Shown piece after piece: positions 1-14,288 of a stretch of DNA of 64,000 nucleotides. Location of the stretch: NCBI GenBank assembly GCA_951406725.2, contig OX597826.1:13144001-13208000 (forward strand), in the 5' to 3' direction. A program made the position numbers and the translations under genes. Every line of letters begins with the position of its first letter. Position 1 is the stretch's first letter. A model generated the notes under the pieces. The model was given only the letters and a program-made list of their open reading frames with translations, made no database searches and had not been told where the DNA came from. Origin of the DNA: Octopus vulgaris. Lineage: Eukaryota.

Positions 1-178
1 TGTTCATGCATTCATTTCTTCGGGCGGTGTCCATGTATACCACGGACTGTACTGTAATCATCTCAAGAATACGGACTATGATCTTAAGACATATGTGATT
101 TGTGAAAACGCGCGTTGTGATGCATTAAAAAATTCAGAAATTCCATCCATGGATAATGATATTTATTTATTATTATTG

Positions 179-227
<49 letters not shown>

Positions 228-381
228 GAGAGATGCACATATCGTCAGCCACTAAGGGATATGTTCAACTGGTTAAGGTCAAACAAGTGACAAGCAAATC
301 TGTGGTATTGAGCAGAATATTTGCTGTAGCCCATCTTTTATACCAAGACAAATAATAATAATAATAATGATAATAATAATA

Positions 382-414
<33 letters not shown>

Positions 415-453
415 GTTATTATTGTTATTATTATTGTTATCATTATCATTATA

Positions 454-491
<38 letters not shown>

Positions 492-2181
492 TATTATTAT
501 TATTATTATTATTATGGATTTTTTTTGAAAAACAATTCGTATACATTTTTGTTATATTGAAGTGATATGTTTCGGATTCGGTAAGGATACTATTTTTTCC
601 ATTCTTCCCACTACTACGAAAGAACAACCAAAAGGGCCCGGAACTATGTCTGTTTTGCTAATCTAATTCAACATTTCCAACTCTAATACATAAAGGTAAA
701 ACATTCACTCAAAGACTTTTTCCTCTTCTATATTCTTCCTTCCTTTGTTTCGGTCTATCTCCAAGAATACTGTATCAACCATTATTTTGCAGTCCAGCAC
801 CTAACTGCCTTCAATTAAAATTCCTTTGTTTTCTTTCACTTATAATTTTCTTTGGGTTTTTTTCATTCTGCCCTGAGCAAAATAATTAAGTAGCCTCGTA
901 TATTTTCCATGATTTCTTTACCATTCTTCGAGCATAGATGGTTGTTATAGCAGTATGTATATGGGGTCGGCTGGGGGTGAATGGCAACTTCCTGCTAGCC
1001 CTTCCTTCCCACTTTCGTTATTATCATTAACCATTATCTCTTCCCAAATTTTGTTAAAATCATCTTTGGCACTCACTTAATTCATTCATTGTTTTACTTC
1101 TGCTTTCATTTTTACTTTTATTTTTATTCTTATTTTTATTTTTATTCTTATTTTCATTTTTATTCTTATTTTCATTTTCCAAGCGTGCACTACCCCTTGG
1201 GCTATTACTACTTTCAAACCACTGAGTACGCACTAAATATTTGGCAGTAGTTGTTCAGGAAGATCTCTCGAAGGAATGGCACCATCAGGCTGTCTTTTAA
1301 AAGATACATTAAATACGAAAGAAGCCTTCGAGTGATGTTCTAATACGAAATGATCCAACTAGGTTATGAGACCACTCCCCACAACCACACATACACTCAT
1401 ACGCACGCACACACGCACACATACTACGCAGACACATGCACACAAATCCGTATAAAATACAGCTTAGAGCTCATACATCCGGTGCTTCATGATTCGGCAA
1501 TTCCCAGGAGCTGACACGTTTTGAATCCGCCATCATTAGTCTGTACCTTATCTTATTATTTTTCGTTTTAGACTTTATCTTACAATATATAATAAACACT
1601 ATTAGTTGTATTATTTCCTGTTTGTTTTAAGTGGGGGTTTTTTTCTAGTTTCAATATAAATGTGGAATGACGGGTTGCCCTTCAAGGCCTGCCTCCGTTT
1701 TTTTTAACATTTACCCCGTGATCCGGCAGTAACCAAGTCCCAATGCTACCTGCTGAACAGATCCAACCTGTTCAATACCAGTCGGAAATATGGCATATTC
1801 GGATTTATGCATGCGTGGGCCCCCGACTATATGATGAGACTTCTCTCGGCGTAACAATGTCACTGCTTTATGGTGCAGAGGCATAATCGTCTGACTCACT
1901 TCTAGCATTAGGACTCTGAAGGATGAAGGGTCGATAAAATAAAATATTTATTAAGTACTGGGGTTGATTTAATCAACCAAAGCCCTGTACTCTAAACTTT
2001 AGGCCTTGTACCTCTGTAAGAAACATTTGGAACAATCACCATCGTCATCTATTGGGCCGTTTCTGTAGCATAAGGGTTTTCTAGGACAATGGGTTGCTAA
2101 ACTTTTGATCAATCTCTCTCTATTTCTAGTCAAGAGACGCTGAGAGTGATTTCCTATGAGTCTTACTGCACAGCAGAGTCC

Positions 2182-2217
<36 letters not shown>

Positions 2218-2408
2218 GAGAGTAAAGAATCCGTCCCAGTACTTAATTGCTACTTTATTTATTGACCCTGAGCTTTATTTATCGATTGGACAAAGACGAG
2301 AGGTGAAGCTAATATCTGCGTGCGGGAGCAAATACCACAAGTCATTCTATCCGATGCTCAAATAATTCTGCTCTTCGCCTCCTTATCTTTATCTTTTTAT
2401 CTTTTATC

Positions 2409-2682
2409 TTTTATTTGTTTCAGTCATTTGACTGCGGCCATGCTGGAGCACCGCCTTTAGTCGAGCACATCGACCCCAGGACTTATTCTTTATAAACCTA
2501 GTACTTATTCAATCGGTCTCCTTGCCGAACCGCTAAGTGACGGGGACGTAAACACACCAGCATCGGCTGTCAAGCGATGTTGGGGGGACAAACACAGACA
2601 CACAAATATATACACACATAGGACTGAAACCGGAACCATGTGGTTGGTAAGCAAGCTACTTACCACACAGCCACTCCTGCGC
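2409..2682 (-). mobile_element. SINE family A (tRNA head, CORE-like CTTGGGCAAGT block, ...TGACTGAAACAAGTAAAAGAG tail), internally deleted copy
   Basis: Near-identical to the copies at 15588, 24103, 46727, 47940, 58998 and 61382. Confidence 0.85.
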
Positions 2683-2959
2683 ATAGAATTATTATGAAGC
2701 ATCAAGACTAGCCCACTACTTCACTATTTCTGGTCATCCATCTCTATGATAGCATTTCAATAAATAGTTACCTGTTTTTTACAACAGTGAAATTATATTA
2801 TTGGCAATTTTTCATAATTTATTATCAATTTAAGACTATACTGAAACCAGTGAAAAAATAAAATAAAAATTTATAGCCTTAAGACTGAAAGGGGAACAAG
2901 ATTCATTGCAACAATTATATATACACAGACATCCAGGAAGTAAATAGACACCTATAATT

Positions 2960-3352
2960 TTCAGAATCTTTTATTTGATATTAATTGGTTGAAGGAGAGG
3001 TTTTCGTCAAGTTGCTCGTCCATAATACCCAAGCTTATGTAGATATGTAACACACGTTCTTGGATTAACTTCTAACTGTTTTGCAATGTCAGAAGCCTTC
3101 GAACGGGGTTCGTTTTCTACAATTCTCTGCCAACAGTGAAGCTTCCTTTCTGAGGGCCCAGGTCGGCCGGGACGAGAATCTGTTGATTCTTTTCCTTGGC
3201 TTTTGAATTGCGCTATAAATCTATTAACAATAGCAAGAGGAATTTGAAGATTTTTGGCAATTTTTCGCTGGCTAAGACCATCCTCAAATTGCCCAACAAT
3301 ACGACCTCTTTGAAAATCTGCCAGTTCTGCTGAATTTTTTTGTGCGTGGCAT
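2960..3352 (-). mobile_element. Tc1-like transposase N-terminal (HTH) relic
   Basis: Frameshifted translation [30 protein letters not shown]...RPGRP...[17 protein letters not shown], showing the GRP and RKPLL hallmarks. Confidence 0.8.
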
Positions 3353-3548
3353 GGTTACTCTTCGCAAATGTTTAATATAATGACACCTGGAATGAAAAAG
3401 AATAATTACATTGTAAATTCTACACCGCGGAAAACATATTAAGACGCTTAGATCAGAAATTTTGAAAATTAAAGGTGTTTTTTACTTCCCGCATATCTGT
3501 GTATATATTACGCACTAATCTTCATTCACTAGTATATTCCCTACCGCA

Positions 3549-4160
3549 AAGGCGGCGAGCTGGCAGAAACATTAGCACGCCGGGCGAAATACTTAGCGGC
3601 ATTTCGTCTGCCGCTACGTTCTGAGTTCAAATTCCGCCGAGGTCGACTTTGCCTTTTATCCTTTCGGAGTCGATTAAATAAGTACCATTTACGCACTGGA
3701 GTCGATGTAATCGACTTAATACGTTTGTCTGTCCTTGTTTGTCCTCTCTGTGTTTAGCCCTTTGTGGGTAGTAAAGAAAGAGGCAATTCGTTCGACTTCA
3801 CGTTCCACCGTGGTTGACTTTGCTTTCATCCTTTCGATGTCGATAAGATAAATACCAGTTGAACACTGGGGTTATGTGATCGGCTTAACTCTTTCTCCGG
3901 ACTTGCTGGTTTTGCATCAAAATTTGTAATCAATATATTCCCTTCCGCTAAGGCAGCAAGTTGGTAGAATCATTATTACGCCGGGAAATGCTTAATGATA
4001 TTTCGTCTGTTCTGAATTCAAATTCCACTGATGTTGACTTTGCATTTAACCCTTTCAGGGTCGATAAAATAAGTACCAGTTGAGCATTTGGGAGTCGATG
4101 TAATCAACTTATCCTCTTCCCCTTGGAATTGCTGGCCTTGTGCCAAAATTTGAAATCAAT
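3549..4160 (+). mobile_element. Cluster of SINE family B copies (tRNA-like head, CCTTTCATCCTTTCGGGGTCGATAAA..AAGTACCAG central domain resembling Meta/MESC)
   Basis: One young and two older copies. The same family recurs more than 15 times in the window. Confidence 0.85.
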
Positions 4161-4826
4161 ATATATCCTACCATCATTCTTCCTCAGTTGTTTTTCCTGT
4201 CTTTCTTAAGAAATTGTCCAGACATATTTGCCAGTTGCAGTTCATTTCTTTGGAATGGTCTGAGCGATGGCATGGCAGAATCGTGAGAACATCGGACAAA
4301 GCGCATTGCAGGATGTATATTCCAACTCTGTTCGTCCTGTGTTAAAATTCTGTCGAGAAGACGTTTCTTTTTTTTTTTTTTTTTTTTTTCTTAGTTGTTT
4401 GTCTTTTTTCTTATGTGTTCAAAGTTCAAATCCTGCCAAAGAAAACTTAGCGTGTCATCCTTCGGGGACTTTCCCATACTAGCCACTCACGAGGGTGGAG
4501 GACAAATGGAGTCCGAGGAGCCTGATATTGTTTCTGAGTAATCTTAGCTCGTAAAAAAATATTCAATGTTGACGTGAAAAGGACAGTGTCCCTAAAAACT
4601 GAAATTGAATCGATAATATTCCAAGAAAAACCTGACCGAAATTAGCAAATGAAATGAAGAAAGTGACGGAGCGTGTGGGAAAGAACAGTGATTGACTGTT
4701 GTAAGGAAGAAAAAGAAAGGTAAAGAGGAAGAGAAACTAGGAGAAAGATTAATTCTAGGACTGACGCTGATTTATTGTTATCAGAATTAATAACCAGACA
4801 CTTCTGGAGGTTTAATTGTCTCCAAC

Positions 4827-4950
4827 CAGGCCCTTAACTGGAACCCACTGGGAAAGCGAGAAGTGGGCCGAGCTGAAGATGATCCCCAGAACCGCGTCCG
4901 TTGGAAAAATGCTGTTGCGGCTCTATGTTCCCCGAGGAATTAAGAGGTCT
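4827..4950 (+). mobile_element. RTE-clade LINE 3' end fragment
   Basis: Translates QALNWNPLGKREVGR..QNRVRWKNAVAALCSPRN*, matching the WNPxGKRxxGR / DRxxWR C-terminus of RTE ORFs. Followed by (CATA)n. Confidence 0.7.
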
Positions 4951-5118
4951 ATTAATACATATACATACATACATACATACATACATACATACAATCATAC
5001 ATACATACGCACATATACACATACATACACACACACATACATACACACACACACACACACGTACGTACGTACATACATACATACATACATACATGCATAC
5101 ATACATACATACATACAT

Positions 5119-5152
<34 letters not shown>

Positions 5153-5205
5153 GTACGTACGTACATACATACATACATACATACATACATACATACATAC
5201 ATACA

Positions 5206-5287
<82 letters not shown>

Positions 5288-5600
5288 TATATATAAACAT
5301 GACAGGTTTCCCCACAGTTTCCGTGTACCGAATTCACTTACAAAAGCATTTGTAGGCCTGGCGCTATTGTAGAAGACAATTGCCCGTGGTGCCGCAAAGT
5401 GGGACTGAACCCGAAACCAAGTGGTTGTAATGTGAGCTTTTTAACAACGCAGGCATATGCTTGCGCCTGCTATTATTAACAAAAATTAAAGCATTGATTT
5501 TTTTTTTGACGTTTCAAAAGTAGGTTTCGAACCTACGATTTATCTAACAATGTTGAAGCTACGTTATAACTAATAAAATTACTAAGAAAAAATAATTCCT

Positions 5601-5613
5601 AAAAAAAAAAAAA
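5601..5613 (-). terminator. RNA Pol III oligo-T terminator of tRNA-Leu
   Basis: A run of 13 T on the minus strand a few bases after the discriminator base. Confidence 0.75.
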
Positions 5614-5619
5614 TTTATC

Positions 5620-5734
5620 TGTCAGAAGTGGGATTCGAACCCACGCCCACATTCGTGGACCAGAATACTCGACGTTCTGGTTAAGATAACATGTACCTTG
5701 AGTCTGGCGCCTTAGACCGCTCGGCCATCCTGAC
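5620..5734 (-). tRNA. tRNA-Leu-CAA: tRNA-Leu(CAA) with 31-nt intron (5666-5696)
   Basis: GTCAGGATGGCCGAGCGGTCTAAGGCGCCAGACTCAAG[intron]TTCTGGTCCACGAATGTGGGCGTGGGTTCGAATCCCACTTCTGACA. Intact acceptor stem, A and B boxes, long variable arm, and an intron one base 3' of the anticodon. Confidence 0.96.
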
Positions 5735-5989
5735 AGCTACGGTAACAGCTGCTGATATCATATGTAGTTCTATAATACATACGTGTGAGTTAGTATGCTT
5801 GTGTGCGTGTATGTGTGTGTGTGTGCGTGTGTGCGTCTGTGTGTGTGTACGTGCGCTCGCGCGTGTGCGTATGGGCACGCGTGTTAGTGTGTGTGATCGT
5901 GCGTTTGTGTGTGTACGTGTGTATTTATGTATATATAAATATACACGCACGCATATATCTATATATATATATATATATGTAAACAAACA

Positions 5990-6047
<58 letters not shown>

Positions 6048-6050
<3 letters not shown>

Positions 6051-6318
6051 GCGCAATGGCCCAGTGGTTTGGGCAGCGGACTCGCGGTCGTAGAATCGCG
6101 GCTTCGATTCCCAGGCTAGGCGTTGTGAGTGCTCCACGAGGCTCCGGCAGGGGGTGGTGGCGATCCCTGCTGTACTTTCGCCACAACTTTCTCTCACTCT
6201 TTCTTCTGTTGGCCTGCTCGCTTAGCCAGCGGACTGGCTAAAACAATGCGAAGCGCATTGTTACCAGCGATATGTAGCAGCATCTGATAGCCTGGTCGGT
6301 CACGGTGATCACGGTGAT
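6048..6318 (+). mobile_element. SINE family C (tRNA-derived head GGCGCAATGGCCCAGTGG...TTCGATTCC)
   Basis: A- and B-box-like motifs. A second copy lies at 36345-36622. Confidence 0.8.
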
Positions 6319-6324
6319 ATATAT

Positions 6325-6552
6325 ATGTGGTTTTTTTTTGTGTTTTATTTTTTGTTTTCTTGTTTAGCAATTTTTTTCCTCTGTCTTCCCTTCTCTGGAT
6401 CTTTCCTTCTCCTTTGTTTCCGACGAAGAGCTCCGCTCGAAACGTTAAACCCTCCTTCTTCCCTTCTTTCCTGAGCGTCCAATAATACTTTATTTGTTCC
6501 ACATCCTCGCGTTGTTGTGTTTTTTTGTGTTTTCTTGTTTGGATTAACTTTA
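6325..6552 (+). mobile_element. (TA)n-embedded non-autonomous element with minimal hammerhead-like motif at 6416-6450
   Basis: Homologous to 53720-53917 and 54685-54920. Motif GTTT-CCGACGA-A-GAGC-tcc-GCTC-GAAACGTT-AAAC. Confidence 0.7.
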
Positions 6553-6701
6553 TATATATATATCAAGATTTATCAGCCGAAATTGCGAAGATGATCTGGT
6601 TCTTGACTGATGACTGAGGGCTTCGAATGTCCCGTCCTGTGGTTCTTGTGTTGTCTCTTTGTTGTTTCATGTTCTTGTCCATGTCTGTATTTATTTTTTA
6701 C

Positions 6702-6754
<53 letters not shown>

Positions 6755-6765
6755 TTATGTGTATA

Positions 6766-6820
<55 letters not shown>

Positions 6821-7002
6821 ATGTATGTATAAATGGATGGCTGGGTGTATATCTCGAGCCGCTGTGGCTTTTACCTGCTTTGTCCCACCGATGTTAATAA
6901 AAAATATACCATTCAGGAACCGGCATCGAAGACAACCACAACATCCCTTCTCTGAAAAATGCTGACCTTGGGCAAACTTCAAAAGAAACTATTATTATTA
7001 TT

Positions 7003-7051
<49 letters not shown>

Positions 7052-7080
7052 GTTGTTTTTGTTTTTGTTTTTTGTTTTTG

Positions 7081-7836
7081 TTAGCGTTGACAAGATTGAG
7101 TTTGTTGGTCTGTTCCAGAAAACTTTAGGGCCGGGTGCCTACGGTTAATGTCTAGAGATCCTCGGCCTGGCAGTGCTACCGCAGAGCACTGCCCCCTCCG
7201 GCTAAACTCTACAGGCACGGAAGTGTAGTCAGCTGGGCTTGCTCGAGATGCCCGCAGAACAACGAAACTGTCCTTCATGCTCTCGGTCCAGTGCCCGGAG
7301 CATTTCGGACTTGTGGATTTGTGTCGAACACTTGCTGTCGTGTGTAGGACGGATCCGGCTACCGGGTGAGTCCATTGTGAAGGTAGTCCCACCGTCTTCC
7401 TTTAGTCGAGAAGAGCAGGCGGGTTTTTTCTTTGCTTGGTACCCTTAACGAAAGAGGTTGTGTGGGGGCCCAGATTGAAAGGGCTGAAGACAGATACTTT
7501 CCAAGCCCTCAGCAACTTTACCAAGTTTCAGTTGAAAAGGAAAGTGAGGGTGGAGAAGGAAGTTCTGACCCCCCCCCCAGCAATTTTGTTAAAAGATGGG
7601 TTAATGTCGCAAGAAAGACCCGAGTGTAGACAAAGTGGAAATGACACATACCCTGGTGGTCAGGACTGTTGTGGGTTTGTGGGGTTTTCTCGAGTAGTTC
7701 TAGAAGGGCGCACTCTGTTGGAGAATTTTCTTGTTATATTCGATTGTTTTTTTTTCATTGTTTAAACAACTTTCATGTAACCCCACATTGTATTTGTCCT
7801 AAATTATGTAAACCCTTTGTGGTTAATAAAGAAATC
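7081..7836 (+). mobile_element. Tx1/L1-type LINE, 3' end of ORF2 (zf-RVT) plus 3' UTR
   Basis: Decayed translation CSRCPQNNETVLHAL/VQCP (CCHC-type finger), KEVVW..RLKGL..LKRKVRVEKEVL..FVKRWVNVAR. Ends AATAAAGAAAT(CAT/TAT)n. Confidence 0.8.
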
Positions 7837-7845
7837 ATTATTATT

Positions 7846-8570
7846 AGCCTGCCGGGCGAAATGTGTAGCCGTATTTCGTCTGCCGTTACGTTCTGAGTTC
7901 AAATTCCGCCGAGGTCGACTTTGCCTTTCATCCTTTCGGGGTTGATAAATTAAGTAACAGTTACGCACTGAGGTCGATGTCATCGACTTAATCCGTTTGT
8001 CTGTCCTTGTTTGTTCCCTCTGTGTTTAGCCCCTTGTGGGTAGTAAAGAAATAGGTGTAGAAGGGCGGCGAGCTGGCAGAAACGTTAGCACGCCGGGCGA
8101 AATGCTTAGCGGTATTTCGTCTGCGTTAGGTTGTGAGTTCAAATTCCGCCGAGGTTGACTTTGCCTTTCATCCTTTCGGGGTCGATAAATTAAGTACCAG
8201 TTACGCACTGGGGTCGATGTAATCGACTTAATACCTATGTCTTTCCTTGTTTGTCTCCTCTGTGTTTAGTCCCTTGTGGGTAATAAAGAAATAGGTATTT
8301 TGTCTGCTGCTACGTTCTGAGTTCAAATTCCGCCGAGGTCAAATTTGCTTTTCATCCTTTCGGGGTCGATTAAATTAAGTACCAGTTACGCACTGGGGTC
8401 GATATAATCGACTTAATCCGTTTGTCTGTCCTTGTTTGTCCTCTCTGTGTTTAGCCCCTTGGGGGCAGTAAAGAAATAGGTATTTTGTCTGCCGCTACGT
8501 TCTGAGTTCAAATTCCGCCGTGGTCGACTTTGCTTTTCATCCTTTCGGGGTCGATTAAATAAGTACCAGT
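7846..8570 (+). mobile_element. Tandem multimer of about 4 SINE family B units
   Basis: Repeated GTTCTGAGTTCAAATTCCGCCGAGG...TAAAGAAATAGG units. Confidence 0.9.
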
Positions 8571-9229
8571 AGAAGAGATTATTATTATCATTATCAAGCA
8601 CTAATACAAAATACATATGAACCTTTTACACTTCGTTCAGCTGCCAAGAAATATCTCCCTAATTCCACCATCACACTATAATAAATAAATAAATAAATAA
8701 ATTTCTTAAAAAGTGTCCTGAATGACGAATCCCAGTTGGGGATCCTTTGATCATAAGTCCGTTCGATCAAAGCTGATGTAGGCGGGAGCTAAATAAAAAT
8801 CAAAACAACAACTAACACTGTTTTTAAACAAAGGACGTGGTGGTCATGGTAGGAACATCTTTGATGATACGCCGGCTTGAATAGAATACAAATAACAACA
8901 GTTAGTATAGCGAATATACAACTATATATATATATATATGCCTATTGTTAATAGACCAAACATGTCCAAACATCCACGACTTCGCTATTGTTAATAAAAA
9001 ATATTGCGTTAATCTCCGAAACAAAAGATATTTAAGGGATATTTGGTTCAAGTAGGGGTCTGTTTGTTTATATAGTTGAGAAGAATAGCGAGGTCTGTTG
9101 TGTTGCTCTCGTCTAAAATAGACGTACGTACACACGCACACAATGAACGTACAGACACTAAGCGCCACGGATAGAGAGGCAGATAGATAAATGTACGCAG
9201 ACTGACACATGCGCGCGCCTATGTGTGTA

Positions 9230-10870
<1,641 letters not shown>

Positions 10871-11649
10871 GTGTATGTGTGTACAAACGTAGATGCGTTT
10901 CTTGACACACACACGCACTATCAACAGCTAACTGTTTCGTTAGCCTTTCAAGCTTCGTGGCTGACGTTGTCATAGCAGCGATGAACGCTTGAATGAAGCT
11001 AAAAATGATTACCCCTAAAAGCCTGGGAATCCCGTGGCTAATGTCAACACTGAGTAGGCTTGATGTTATGGTGTTAGTAAATGAGGCATAAACAAGGGTT
11101 AAGAGTATGTGTTTTAAGCATGACTGTGTTAAAACTATATGTTTCAGTGTTGCTGCTACTGTACTAAAATCCAGAGTGCAAATGTTTGCCAAAACAGACA
11201 TGTAGTACTTGAGAACCTACTAGTTACAGATGAGTAAATGCTTAAGGTGCCAGACTGGAAGCCAAAAGGTACCATTGGTTGTAAAACAAGGTGTGCTAAA
11301 ACACTAGAGATGTAGCTAGTTCCGTTCCGTAACTTATTGGTTTAAAAGAGCCCCAATGAAGCCTCCATCGTCGTTATTTAGTGTATCAAGGACAAGCCAA
11401 CTTGTTGTAGACTCTTTCTCTCTTGGCTGTATTGAACGTTAGAAGTTTGCTTCCCACTCATGAGGTCCCAGGTTCGCTCCTACTGCCCGGCGTCTTGGCC
11501 AAGTGTCTTTTTAGATAGCTTAAGGTCCACCACAGTTTTGTTGATGAAACTTAATAGACGGAAACTTTGTGCAAGCCCGTCAGTTGAAATGTATGCAAAC
11601 GCCTAAAAGAGTTAGATCGCTATTCCTAACAATCGTTTTGAGTGCTACT

Positions 11650-11750
11650 CTTGTTCACGACTACTTGTCTGCTGTCCAGAACGAGAAAGATCTTCCTTAC
11701 CTCGCTATCTAAGCCTTTCCCAAACAACACTGCCACCCTTTTCGACCTGT
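11650..11750 (-). mobile_element. LINE APE endonuclease relic (Tx1-like)
   Basis: Translates KRVAVLFGKGLDSEVRKIFLVLDSRQVVV, similar to the GVAIL...GRxV strand of APE domains. Confidence 0.45.
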
Positions 11751-13877
11751 TTGACTACCAGGGGTATAAATCTCATATTAGTCAGAATGAGAGTGTCAAA
11801 ATACTACAAATCTTATTATCGTTAGCAGTAATTTCAGTTCCTGCTTTCTAAGTAATAAATTTCCATTGGTTTCATTGATAAACATTAAATTTTTCAATCT
11901 GCTGAAGTACCTGCTCATTGAATTAGCATGTAAAATGGCTGAATATCCAACACTCAGGGGCACCTTTAATATAATTCTCGAACGGAAACAGTATGATATA
12001 GTGTGACAAAGCTAGTAAAAGAGAGAAAAGAGTCCGACAACTTTAAGCACCAACACTTGAGAGAATTTCTAGACGCAAATGTTATTGACTGTATTTTCCC
12101 GGACTGTATCACAGTATTATACAGCTTTGGTTATCTATCGGAACTATTTGATCTCATGTACTCTTTTAAAATTGTTTCCACTTGCTCCTTCTTTAAGTTT
12201 TGTTACTTGTGCTGGTGTTGTATCAGTTGAATGTATTAAAGAACATCTGACAAGAAGAAGGATCCAGAAAGGTGGTGTTTATATGTGTGTCAATGTCATG
12301 ATGTAGGATGCTTGGACATCCGGTGATCATACATAATAATAATTGGAGAACCGATTAAGCATTAAAATTCGGAGATGGAATTTGCAACTCAGCACCTGGG
12401 AGGAAATATATACCATCCATGGATTGTCTTTAGATTGATAGTCCGGTCAAACAGCTTGGTGTTTAGTTCGGTTCAGACGAACAGGAACTGGAAGCAGTCT
12501 AGCCTAGAAATGGGTTGAGAGGAAACTATTCCTGAAACACTGGGTACGAATTGCGTGCTTTGTATTTGGGAACCATTAAACTTACTTTTTGAGAACAACA
12601 TATTGTTTGACATTTCAAAGTGGCGAGCTGACAGAGTCGTTTGAGCTTAGCAGCATTTCTTCTGGTTCTTAATGCTTTGAGTTCAAATCCTACCAAGGTT
12701 AAATTTGTCATTAATTCTTCCCGAGTCGATAAAATAAAGTACCGATCTGGTAGTCGGACCGAGCTAATCGACTAATACCACTCCTCGAAATTACTAGCCT
12801 CCTTTCAAAATTTGAAACCAAAGTTAACATCTCAAAATAACCTGAGACCTTTATTTAACATATATTTTCGGGAAAATTTCGTCTCTTTCCAACATGTCTT
12901 GTGCTTTTAAACACAGCAGGTCCATAAGGGATTTTATCTTTGACAAAACATCAGTAACTTGTCTGTCAGTTGTGTGTGTACATTAAGTATGGAACATGGA
13001 TGGCTACTTTAAGAAAAAGACAGTCTTAATTTTAATGATTATAATTATTTTCTTTAGGAGCTGGAAATATCAAGGACATAGAAAAGAAAGAAGCAGAAAG
13101 GCTTTGACTTATCCTTGATTGAATTGCACCAAACAAATTAGAGTAATTAAAAATGTATGAAATAGAAAAATATAGAAAAAAAAAAGACGCAATAAAAAGT
13201 ACGAAATGTACTGAATTTCTGTATACGAGTAATAACAAAAATTATATTTGATTTGCATATTATAAAGCTTATTATAATTACAGCGAAATTAATTTAATCA
13301 CGACTAAGCTATGTTTCAGGCTTTAACAATATTTTGTTCATTACTGATATACAGAAATTAAGTACATTTCTTAACTTCCGTTTCGATTATTGTTGTTTTC
13401 TAATTCTTATTTTATGGGCTTTTGGAAATGTAAAAAAAAAATAAAATAAAATAAAATTTCAGGTCTGGTTACCTAGATAACTGGTGTCACATTCAAATCC
13501 CCCTTAAATAATGTCACTCTGATCTGCTCCAGCATTAACGCAGATAAATCAAAATATATCCGTTATATTAAACATATAAGCATATTGAACAATATTTTAA
13601 ATGATAGAAGAATATCATCTCCTTCCAAAATTTAGTCCAACTTCTGCACTTAAAAGAAACAAAGTTAACAAAGTACTCAATAGCAGAATTTTCCTATGGC
13701 CTTATGTATGTATAGGCGAACGAAACCTACGAGACCTCCACATACTAGTCAGCCTATAATGTAATACCAACGACACTTTTCCTGTTATCACACTCTGCTG
13801 TCCTACGTGAGTTCTTCATCAAACCACATTCTTCTACAAAGAGTAGCCAAAGTCATCTTCAAATCACACACTTCTTA

Positions 13878-14288
13878 ATTCTTTACTACCCACAAGTGGC
13901 TAAACACAGAGGGAACAAACAAGGACAGACAAACGGATTAAGTCGATTATATCGACCCAGTGCGTAACTGGTACTTATTTAATCCACCCCGAAAGGATGA
14001 AAGGCAAAGTCAACCTCGGCGGAATTTGAACTCAGAACGTAACAACAGACAAAATACCTATTTCTTTACTACCCACAAGGGACTAAACATAGAGGGGACA
14101 AACAAGGAAAGACAAACGGATTAAGTCGATTACATCGACCCCAGTGCGTAACTGGTACTTATTTAATCGACCCCGAAAGGATGAAAGGCAAAGTCGACCT
14201 CGGCGGATTTTGAACTCAGAACTAACGGCAGACGAAATACTGCTCAGTATTTCGCCCGGCGTGCTAACGTTTCTGCAAGCTCGCCGCC
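13878..14288 (-). mobile_element. SINE family B dimer
   Basis: Reverse complement of the family B consensus, two units. Confidence 0.88.

Noticed and set aside
4816-5355. HTYI/MYVC/YLSI-type ORFs here and at 9209, 10080, 17740, 24914, 48859 and 49580
   Set aside because: These are translations of tetranucleotide and dinucleotide microsatellites.
6048-6125. tRNA genes at SINE heads (also 36347, 47940, 19067)
   Set aside because: They have A and B boxes but no closing acceptor stem, and they continue into repeat bodies.
11696-11760. Apparent minus-strand exon ending GAG|GTAAGG
   Set aside because: The reading continues through the putative donor as LINE endonuclease-like sequence.
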